Assembly (NCBI GenBank): GCA_938091905.1
Contig: CALKOM010000123.1
Span: 1-28,750 of the forward strand
Reading direction: 5' to 3'
Origin: an uncultured Verrucomicrobiales bacterium
Lineage (GTDB): Bacteria > Verrucomicrobiota > Verrucomicrobiia > Verrucomicrobiales > DEV007
DNA length: 28,750 nucleotides
Every line of letters begins with the position of its first letter. The stretch's first letter is position 1. The notes under the pieces are model-generated. The model did no database searches. It saw only the letters and a list, made by a program, of their open reading frames with translations, and was not told where the DNA came from. The position numbers and the translations under genes are program-made. This document shows positions 9,108 through 16,552 of the stretch, one piece after another.

Positions 9108-9122
9108 ATAGGTGGATTGCAC

Positions 9123-9151
9123 TTGTCACGTATTCTTACTGTCACTACTAT
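9123..9151 (+). promoter_or_regulatory. Candidate sigma70 promoter for the TolC gene
   Basis: TTGTCA-N17-TACTAT, 15 nt upstream of ATG 9167. Confidence 0.5.
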
Positions 9152-9166
9152 CTACCTCTCCTTCCT

Positions 9167-10612
9167 ATGCGAAATCGATTCTCAAGACTTAGCTTTCTCC
9201 TCGGTGTGGGCTGCGCGCTCTCCTCGTGTGTCCCATCTCTCGATGAGGCTACTCCACATAAGCTTGGTAATTCGGCATTTGTTCCGGGCAAGGCCAAGGG
9301 GTTGGAGGTGTCTTTGACTGAGGAGGAGAAAGACGAGGAGTATGTCAGGGCTCTCCCAACATTTGAGGACCCTGGGGGAGATTTGGGGTTGCGAGAACTG
9401 ACGCAAATGGCGGTGGCTAATTCCCCACAGTTTGCCGAGGCGGCGGGGAACCTTCGTGTGGCGAAAGCTCGTTGGAATATCATCGGTGAATGGAGGGATC
9501 CGGAATTCAGAGGAGGGTTTGATTGGGATGATGTGAGGGTTGAAAAAGCTTCGGGTGGCCCAGGGACCGACACGGTTCGTCGAAATGAAGAGGTAAATAC
9601 GAGCGTCCGACTTTACCCTCCCAATCCATTCCAACTTAGAGCTGAACTTGATAAGGCCATGGCCGAAATTTCCTTTGCGGAATTTGCACTACGCCAGGTT
9701 GGTAAGGAGTTGGTTGTTGATGTGCGTAGGCTCTATCAAGATCTTCAGTTTATCCAAGAGAGCATTCGATTGGGAAAGGGGTTACACCGCCTGGAGATCG
9801 AAGAGCGTGATCGTCTTGAGCAGTTGTTAGAATCGACTGCGATTGTTCTCGAGCCTGTCGTAAAACAGAGGATCCAGGCCATGAGGAAGCAAGGAATCGC
9901 AAGTCCCTCAGAGATTCGGTTTGTGAAAGTGCGTTCAGAACTCGCTGCCTTGATTGGGCTGGGCGATCCAAGGCGCATTGCTGTTAGCGGTGTGCCGAAT
10001 AGGCCCGTTATCGGATTCCGTGACGACACCGTGATGGCGCTCAGTGAGATGGCGTTCATCAATAATCTTAAACTTGGTGATCTTGATCGCCTGCAGAAAC
10101 TGGCCAAAGGTGATTTGCGAGCTTTTAAAGCGAAGCGTATTCCATGGGTCTCTTTCCTGGAGGGCGGACGTAATCGTACTTACAATGAGCGGTTAGCGGT
10201 TAACGACAACTGGTCTGTTCGCCTTGCTATCGATGTGCCGATCTTCTCGCTTTTCAGCAAAGAGGGTGACATTTACAAAGAGCAGATTAGAAGCTATCAG
10301 AAACAGGCAGAGCTCTATCGGAAGAGAATTCAGCTTAGCGTAGCTACTGCGATTGCAAGTATCAGGGATGCCCGTGATGGCCTTGGGCGCTATGATAAAG
10401 AGACGCAAGGAATCCTTGCTGATATGAAAAGAATGGAGACGGAGCTTGAGAATTCCCCGTTTCAAGCGGACGTGCTCCATCTCCGTAAACTGACGTCTTT
10501 AGGACGCTCGCGGGAGCGCTTGGCTGCGGAGCAGGCCTATCATGATGCTTTGCTCAATCTTGAAGAAATCATCCGCGATGACATTGAGAAGGTCTTTCGG
10601 AATCGGGGTTAG
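9167..10612 (+). CDS. TolC-family outer-membrane efflux lipoprotein
   Basis: Lipobox-like 'ALSSC'; OEP-repeat features 'ELTQMAVANSPQF', 'DVRRLYQDL', 'WSVRLAIDVPIF', 'AEQAYHDALLNLEEII'. Confidence 0.8.
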   Translation: MRNRFSRLSFLLGVGCALSSCVPSLDEATPHKLGNSAFVPGKAKGLEVSLTEEEKDEEYVRALPTFEDPGGDLGLRELTQMAVANSPQFAEAAGNLRVAKARWNIIGEWRDPEFRGGFDWDDVRVEKASGGPGTDTVRRNEEVNTSVRLYPPNPFQLRAELDKAMAEISFAEFALRQVGKELVVDVRRLYQDLQFIQESIRLGKGLHRLEIEERDRLEQLLESTAIVLEPVVKQRIQAMRKQGIASPSEIRFVKVRSELAALIGLGDPRRIAVSGVPNRPVIGFRDDTVMALSEMAFINNLKLGDLDRLQKLAKGDLRAFKAKRIPWVSFLEGGRNRTYNERLAVNDNWSVRLAIDVPIFSLFSKEGDIYKEQIRSYQKQAELYRKRIQLSVATAIASIRDARDGLGRYDKETQGILADMKRMETELENSPFQADVLHLRKLTSLGRSRERLAAEQAYHDALLNLEEIIRDDIEKVFRNRG

Positions 10613-10621
10613 GCATCGTCG

Positions 10622-11584
10622 ATGAAGATTGTGTTCCTCGATGCCTGCACGGTGAGCCGTGAGGATGATATTGATTTGTCAGGATTGATGGCCCTTGGGA
10701 ATTGGATTTCCCATGTCATCACCGCGCCCTCTGAAACGGCGGATCGAATCGCGGATGCAGATGTTGTTATCTCGAACAAGGTGCTGCTCGATGCTGCGGC
10801 AATTGCTGCTGCTCCGAAATTACGTCTCATCGCTGTTGCTGCTACCGGAACGAATAACGTTGATTTCGAGGCCGCCAAAGCGCGCGGGATTCAAGTGTGC
10901 AATGTGAGTGGATATTCTACCCATAGTGTCGCTCAGCACGTGCTGGCGCTCATTTTAAATTTGGCGACAAACATCCATCGCACGGTCGCGAGGCCAGAGG
11001 TTTGGCCGCAATCTCCCATCTTTACTCGGTTGGATTATCCCATCCAGCAACTCAGCGATCTGACCCTGGGTCTTGTTGGTGTGGGCAACATCGGATCGCG
11101 AGTCGGAGAGATTGCGGAGGCCTTTGGAATGAACGTGCAGTGTTATGCGCGTCCTGACACCAAGGCAACCTCGCATTTAGAATGGCCGCGCGTCCCAGCT
11201 GATGATTTCTTTGCCAGCAGCGATGTGGTGAGTTTGCACTGTCCGCTTACTGCGGGGACACAGGCATTTATCAATGCGGAGAGCCTTCAAAAAATGAAGT
11301 CTGGAGTTCTTCTTATCAATACAGGGCGAGGTGAGCTGGTTGACGAAGCTGCTTTGCTTGACTCATTGCTATCAGGGCACCTCGGCGGCGCTGGATTGGA
11401 CGTCTTGTCTCCCGAGCCGCCTCGGGTGGATCATCCCCTAATCAACGCGGATCTTCCTAATCTGCTTATCACCCCGCACTCAGCCTGGAGTTCTCGCACG
11501 GCGAGGCAGACGCTGATTCATGGGGTTGCGGCGAATATTCGCGCGTTCCAAGAAACTGGCCAAGCGACGAATCGCGTGGCCTAG
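10622..11584 (+). CDS. D-2-hydroxyacid dehydrogenase (glycerate dehydrogenase/hydroxypyruvate reductase-like)
   Basis: 'MKIVFLD', 'ATGTNNVD', 'GVGNIG', 'SLHCPLT', 'INTGRG', 'LDVLSPEPP', 'ITPHSAW'. Confidence 0.9.
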   Translation: MKIVFLDACTVSREDDIDLSGLMALGNWISHVITAPSETADRIADADVVISNKVLLDAAAIAAAPKLRLIAVAATGTNNVDFEAAKARGIQVCNVSGYSTHSVAQHVLALILNLATNIHRTVARPEVWPQSPIFTRLDYPIQQLSDLTLGLVGVGNIGSRVGEIAEAFGMNVQCYARPDTKATSHLEWPRVPADDFFASSDVVSLHCPLTAGTQAFINAESLQKMKSGVLLINTGRGELVDEAALLDSLLSGHLGGAGLDVLSPEPPRVDHPLINADLPNLLITPHSAWSSRTARQTLIHGVAANIRAFQETGQATNRVA

Positions 11585-11587
11585 GCA

Positions 11588-12139
11588 CTACCCTAACTGA
11601 GCAAAGATATCTCGGTAGAAGTCCGCGTGGCTTTCCCAGGTTTGGGCCGTGATGATTTTGCCATCCACGACACTTTCTTGATCGATCCATTTGCCACCAC
11701 AAGTTGTGACTTCCATTCGGACATTGCAGTAAGAGGTGACCGTGCGTCCCTCGACGAGGCCTGCCGCAGCCAGGATCTGAATGCCATGACAAACAGAGAA
11801 TAGCCACTTGTCTTGGTCCGCGAAGTTCTTCACAACCTGAATGAGCGTCTCGTCATGGCGGAGAAATTCTGGTGCTCGTCCGCCAATGAGCATCATCCCA
11901 ACGTAGTCATCAGCATTGACCTCGCCAAAAGTGATCTCACTCTGAATGAGGTAGCCGGGTTTCTCGATGTAGGTATTCCAACTAGGATCGAAGTCGTGAA
12001 TCACCCCGTTTAATAGCTTCTTGCTAGTCGCTGCTATGATCGGTTCATAGCCCGCTTCGCGGAAGCGGTGTTGAGCGTAAAGAATCTCGAAGGATTCACC
12101 CGCGTCGTCAGTGACGATGAGGATCTTGCCGTGGCTCAT
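11588..12139 (-). CDS. DJ-1/PfpI family protein (glyoxalase III/intracellular protease-like)
   Basis: 'GESFE', 'GGRAPEFLR', nucleophile elbow 'SVCHGIQIL', 'VVDGKIITAQTW'. Confidence 0.9.
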   Translation of the reverse strand: MSHGKILIVTDDAGESFEILYAQHRFREAGYEPIIAATSKKLLNGVIHDFDPSWNTYIEKPGYLIQSEITFGEVNADDYVGMMLIGGRAPEFLRHDETLIQVVKNFADQDKWLFSVCHGIQILAAAGLVEGRTVTSYCNVRMEVTTCGGKWIDQESVVDGKIITAQTWESHADFYRDIFAQLG

Positions 12140-12160
12140 GGTAGCGGTAAATAGAACTTT

Positions 12161-13447
12161 CTAGCGAAGCTGGTGTATCATGGGTGCCATCACAGCACCG
12201 GACAGGACAGCGGGCATGACTGCAGCGTAAGCGAGGGAAAGCTTGTAGGACATGGGGGCAAGGCCATCTGCGAGGATGCCATCCGGCGTGTTTGCCAGGA
12301 CACTAACGATAGACTGAGGCTCGCCATAAATGAGTGCCATTGCTTCGCCCTGAAGGGGGCCAAGCTCGGATGAGACTTCTTCCATCACCTCCGAGAAAAC
12401 GTCGATGAATCGATAGATATCCTCAGAGGCGTAGGAGAACAAGTTTCCCTCTTGCGGCATCAGGCTTGCTGCCCGAACGAATTCAGCATTGCTTGAAAGT
12501 CGGTCACCGATGACCATGCTTGCTAGGGCCTCCGGCCGCGAAGCCATGACGAGCTGTTCTGAGTCCTCGGTGATTTGGAAAAGTGGAGCGTAAAACCCGA
12601 GAGTCGCTTCGTCTGGGATAAGGAGTCTCAAGGTCGTGGTGCCGTCGATGGCTTCTTCGCGGATTGCTCCTTGAGGCGCGTTCACCTCGAACAAGCTTTT
12701 GATCTCTGCGTAAAGAGGCTTGCCTGTTTTGTGCGCGACGACGAAATCGATTCCAGGTATTTCGGCAGGGAAATCTGGCTCGGGAATCTGAAGGGTCTTG
12801 GTGTCATCGATCGTGGCGTAGGCAAAGAGCGTTCCCTTAAGGCTCGCTAGTAGTTGTTCGATTGTGAGAGTTGTATTAGGAATCGGTTGCTGAAGGGCGT
12901 CAGCCAATGGATTCATGCCCATGGACTTCTCTAACTGGCCACCAATGCCTTCGAGTAGGTCTTTCACGCCGCCTAGTTCAATATCCAGTTCCATGGCCAA
13001 GACGGACGATGCAGGTGCAAAGCCCCCAATCTCGAAGGGGCGCGCTGGACCGCCACTGAGTTTAAGAATGCCCTGGCGGTCTCCCTTAATTGCGGCAAAC
13101 GCGCGGTTCCTAAAGCCCTTGTCGAACTTGATAGAGCTGAGGCCCAGTGCCTCAAGATTTTGGAGGCCTAGCTCTTGCAGGAATCCAGTGATGTCCATGC
13201 CTGGAAGGATCTGTCCCTCAGCCATCTCGGCGATCTGCTCATAAATCTCCTGAGCTTTGGTAGTCAAGCTGCTGAAATCTCCCTTCACGTTGAGGTAGCC
13301 GTAGAATTGGCCGCCCAGGTCGAGATTTTTGTTCACAGACTCGAACAGCGCCTGGGTGTCTGGGGCTTCTTGGGCATTCGCCAGGTTTGGCAGGCCGAAG
13401 AGGGAAAGAGATGAGAAGATCGTAAGGAAACGTTTCGTCACAGTCAT
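12161..13447 (-). CDS. Secreted hypothetical protein with a C-terminal hydrophobic helix
   Basis: 428 aa; Sec signal '...LFGLPNLANA-QEA'; C-terminal 'LSLAYAAVMPAVLSGAVMAPMI'. No catalytic motif recognised. Confidence 0.7.
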   Translation of the reverse strand: MTVTKRFLTIFSSLSLFGLPNLANAQEAPDTQALFESVNKNLDLGGQFYGYLNVKGDFSSLTTKAQEIYEQIAEMAEGQILPGMDITGFLQELGLQNLEALGLSSIKFDKGFRNRAFAAIKGDRQGILKLSGGPARPFEIGGFAPASSVLAMELDIELGGVKDLLEGIGGQLEKSMGMNPLADALQQPIPNTTLTIEQLLASLKGTLFAYATIDDTKTLQIPEPDFPAEIPGIDFVVAHKTGKPLYAEIKSLFEVNAPQGAIREEAIDGTTTLRLLIPDEATLGFYAPLFQITEDSEQLVMASRPEALASMVIGDRLSSNAEFVRAASLMPQEGNLFSYASEDIYRFIDVFSEVMEEVSSELGPLQGEAMALIYGEPQSIVSVLANTPDGILADGLAPMSYKLSLAYAAVMPAVLSGAVMAPMIHQLR

Positions 13448-13453
13448 AGAAAG

Positions 13454-13482
13454 ACGCTACGACGTCTCGGCAAGAAATCCAA
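13454..13482 (-). promoter_or_regulatory. Candidate sigma70 promoter (leaderless geometry)
   Basis: Minus strand TTGGAT-N17-TAGCGT, ending 6 nt before the ATG at 13447. Confidence 0.45.
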
Positions 13483-13813
13483 GGATTACACGGCGGACCT
13501 CATGGCGTGTGCCTTACCCCCTTTTAGCTGGGCAGACACACAATTGGTGGTCGGTTTGATTTCAGAGCGCGACAGGCCCGATTAGACAATGAAGCCAGCG
13601 GACGATACTACCGCACACTAGATGTGTTTTGATAATAGGGTGATTGTCACGACCGCAGTTCATGCGGTCTCTCGGGGACTAACCTTAGGCTCGACCCGGC
13701 GAGAGCGGCCATGACTATCGTTTCAATCAGATCGAAGGCATTGTGTTCGGTATGATAAATAGGGTATTCATACCTTAGCGCCGGAAGACCCTGAACTGGA
13801 TTGGTCCCAACAC

Positions 13814-14752
13814 TTACTCAATTATCAAGCTGTCCTCGTCGACGCGAGGCGTCTGACCACCACGTAGCACGGAGTTTCCGTGGAACAGATTTCGCTGATC
13901 AACAGGTAGTGGGTTGAGCCAATCCTCTTCGTTGATTTGTCCGCTCTGGCCGTAGCAGGAGAGGGCATTGTGATAGCAGACTTGTTCGATGTCTGCTTTG
14001 GTAATCCCGCGCTCGTTCATCAGTCGGAAAGTCTTGGACACGGCTAGGGGATCGGACACTCCCCAATCAGCAGCGGAATCGATAAAGATCTTTTCGGAAC
14101 CATATTCACGGACGATCTCGACCATCCTCTCGTTCCCCATCTTTGTGTTTGGATAGAGGGTGAATGCTGCCCAGAAACCTCGATCGAGAACTTCTTTAAC
14201 GGTTTCCTCGTTGTTATGATCGATGGCGACCTTGGCTGGATCCACTCCATGTTCTTTTAACACGTCCATGGTGCGCGATGTGCCGCGCTTTTTATCGCGG
14301 TGTGGCGTGTGGATCATGATGACCATGTCGAACTCCTTCGCCAGCTCAATCTGTTTGCGCAGGTAGCGGTCCTCAAGCTCGGTCTGATCGTCGTAACCAA
14401 TTTCTCCCAAGGCAACGACGCCTTCCTTCTGCAAATAGAGTGGGAGGATCTCCATGACCGCCTCCGCGAGTTCCTCATTGTTAGCTTCCTTCGAGTTGAG
14501 ACCCACAGTGCAGTAGTGGTGAATACCGAATTGCGAAGCGCGGAAACGCTCAAAGCCAACTAGACTAGAAAGGTAGTCCATGTAGGCACCGACGGTGGTG
14601 CGTGGTTGGCCTAACCAGAATGCAGGTTCGATCAACGCAACGACACCAGACGCAGCCATGCGCTCGTAGTCGTCTGTCGTCCGCGCGCTCATGTGCACAT
14701 GCGGATCGATGAGTTTGATTGGTTCGTTAGATTTGCTTGGGTCTTCAGACAT
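13814..14752 (-). CDS. eboB: TatD-family metal-dependent hydrolase, EboB-type
   Basis: 'DPHVHM', 'EPAFWLGQPRT', 'GLNSKEAN', 'GEIGYD', 'IHTPHRDKK', 'DSAADWGVSDPL'; overlaps the upstream eboA-like gene by 8 nt. Confidence 0.8.
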   Translation of the reverse strand: MSEDPSKSNEPIKLIDPHVHMSARTTDDYERMAASGVVALIEPAFWLGQPRTTVGAYMDYLSSLVGFERFRASQFGIHHYCTVGLNSKEANNEELAEAVMEILPLYLQKEGVVALGEIGYDDQTELEDRYLRKQIELAKEFDMVIMIHTPHRDKKRGTSRTMDVLKEHGVDPAKVAIDHNNEETVKEVLDRGFWAAFTLYPNTKMGNERMVEIVREYGSEKIFIDSAADWGVSDPLAVSKTFRLMNERGITKADIEQVCYHNALSCYGQSGQINEEDWLNPLPVDQRNLFHGNSVLRGGQTPRVDEDSLIIE

Positions 14753-15581
14753 GTCTCAAAGCTTGGTGAATTTCCTCCCAGGACAGGACCTTGTCTTCGG
14801 TCGCCTCCAATAGCATCTTTGCCTCTGGGAGATTTGAAGCGGCGAGAGCAAGTCGGGCAGCTTCTTGAGAAAGAGGATTGTCCGATTCCAACGCTCTTTT
14901 CACATCTTCCAGCCGGTTGGTGTTGATAAATGGCCCCACACACCGCCAGAGCTCAGGATTCACCTCGCGCCCCGCCGCCCAACGCTCGTGTGCTGAATCA
15001 ATTAAGGTAGCTGCGAGAGGTTCGTTGGCCCGTTCATCCAGACCTTGGATCGGGTGCAGGCTACTCCCAATGAATAGAGCCTTCAGGACCATCTGGTTCC
15101 AGGCAGCATCATCGAAGTAGCGTTGAGGGTAAGGATTTCTATGCGCAACGGCTTCGAACACCGGTACGACGTTCGAGCGCAATCCCTCGGCGGCCCGTTG
15201 CGTGAGTGATGCAGGGTTTTGATAGAGTATCAGGGCTTGATAAAGGGTGATCTGTTCGCCGACGTCTCCCGTGGCGCAGAGTTTCTCCAATCGGGCGATG
15301 AAAGACTGATCGGGGCCTGCTAGAAGTAGCGCAATACGGGCTGCTTGATCGACTGTCCAATTGCTCGGATCCCAATCGGTGCAGGCACTGCGTTCTTGAT
15401 CGGTTAGTTCCAAGTCTGCCTTGCCTAGGTTTCTTGGAACGAGAGCGAAGGCTAGAAAGAACTCGCGATCTGAGCCCAGATCTGCACGTTTCTTGTTATA
15501 CCATTCCTGGGCGTCGGCAGAAAGACGTGAAGCCAACCATGACTCTAACAGAGCTAGAGCACTTGTAGATTCGAATGCCAA
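14745..15581 (-). CDS. eboA: EboA domain-containing protein
   Basis: 'WTVDQAARIALL', 'AAEGLRSNVVPVFEAVAHRNPYP', 'WNQMVLKALF', 'GLDERAN', 'ERWAAGREVNPELWR' match my recollection of EboA; adjacent to a TatD as in ebo operons. TTG start. Confidence 0.8.
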   Translation of the reverse strand: MAFESTSALALLESWLASRLSADAQEWYNKKRADLGSDREFFLAFALVPRNLGKADLELTDQERSACTDWDPSNWTVDQAARIALLLAGPDQSFIARLEKLCATGDVGEQITLYQALILYQNPASLTQRAAEGLRSNVVPVFEAVAHRNPYPQRYFDDAAWNQMVLKALFIGSSLHPIQGLDERANEPLAATLIDSAHERWAAGREVNPELWRCVGPFINTNRLEDVKRALESDNPLSQEAARLALAASNLPEAKMLLEATEDKVLSWEEIHQALRHV

Positions 15582-15587
15582 GATATG

Positions 15588-16229
15588 CTATTCAGACGTC
15601 TTTTTGAAGAGTTTGAGATACTCACTGAAACCTTCTTTTTCCAGGTCCTTCTTTGGAATGAATCGGAGCGAAGCCCCGTTGATGCAGTAGCGGAGGCCCG
15701 TGGGCTTGGGGCCATCGGGAAAGACGTGACCGAGATGAGAATCGGCCGTCTTTGACCGGACTTCAGTGCGGACTGAGAAGAAACTACGGTCTTCTTTCTC
15801 CACAACTTCCTCTTTATGAATAGGTGCCCAGAAACTCGGCCAGCCAGAGCCCGAATCAAATTTTTCCGTGGAAGAAAAGAGTGGCTCATTAGAGACAATG
15901 TCTACATAGATGCCTTCTTCTTTCGTATTGTGGCGTGGATCGGTGAAGGCGCGCTCCGTGCCTTCATGTTGGGTGACTTTGTATTGAAGGGGACTAAGCA
16001 TTTCTTTGAGGGCTTTGTCAGAGAGTGGCTTGAAGCCACGATCTTTTTGCTTGATCTTGAGAGCTGTAGCGGAGTCCATGCGTTTAGAATCGGTTGAAGT
16101 GGTGGCCTTCTTTCCGCCACTCTTCATGGCAGCGGCATTGTCATCGGCACAGGCGATCGGAAGCACCGCCATCGCGGCGACGCTCACGAGAAGGAGAGGT
16201 TTAGAAAAGGGCTTCATCCAGTCTATCAT
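15588..16229 (-). CDS. msrB: Peptide-methionine (R)-S-oxide reductase MsrB with N-terminal signal peptide
   Basis: '[11 protein letters not shown]', '[18 protein letters not shown]', 'RTEVRS', '[10 protein letters not shown]', catalytic 'RYCING'. Hydrophobic leader; the start may be ATG 16217. Confidence 0.92.
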   Translation of the reverse strand: MIDWMKPFSKPLLLVSVAAMAVLPIACADDNAAAMKSGGKKATTSTDSKRMDSATALKIKQKDRGFKPLSDKALKEMLSPLQYKVTQHEGTERAFTDPRHNTKEEGIYVDIVSNEPLFSSTEKFDSGSGWPSFWAPIHKEEVVEKEDRSFFSVRTEVRSKTADSHLGHVFPDGPKPTGLRYCINGASLRFIPKKDLEKEGFSEYLKLFKKTSE

Positions 16230-16258
16230 AGGGATGGTTCCTCTGGCTGCAAGTCTCT

Positions 16259-16552
16259 CTAGCGTCGTGTCCGGTTGCGTTCTTGCTTAAGAAATTGGGG
16301 AATAATTTGGTCTGTGATCCATCCGCGCGCGGCTTCCAAGCCCTCATATTGGTAGAGCATTCCGATTTGAGCCTCTACTTTGGTAGGGTTGCCCAGGGTA
16401 TTCAAGAACGCATTTGAGGTGAGATTCTCGAATTTGGCCGAGGAAACGCGTCCGTCTTGGTGGAGCAGCCATTCGCGAATACAGAGAGCAAGCACTGCAT
16501 CACCGATCCACGCTTTGGCTTGGAGTAGTTTAGGATCGTCAGGGAGATTCAT
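16259..16552 (-). CDS. Very small RNase III-domain protein (Mini-III-like)
   Basis: 97 aa; 'AWIGDAVL' (RNase III signature-like), 'SNAFL', '[11 protein letters not shown]' (cf. xxFEALIGxLY). ATGA overlap with the upstream gene. Confidence 0.7.
   Translation of the reverse strand: MNLPDDPKLLQAKAWIGDAVLALCIREWLLHQDGRVSSAKFENLTSNAFLNTLGNPTKVEAQIGMLYQYEGLEAARGWITDQIIPQFLKQERNRTRR

Noticed and set aside
13677..13760. GACTAAC...GTT as a possible integron attC site
   Set aside because: No matching GTTRRRY with complementary inner boxes, and no integrase or cassette array.
13623..13774. Degenerate repeat pair as a CRISPR remnant
   Set aside because: Only two poorly matching copies with too long a spacer, and no cas genes.
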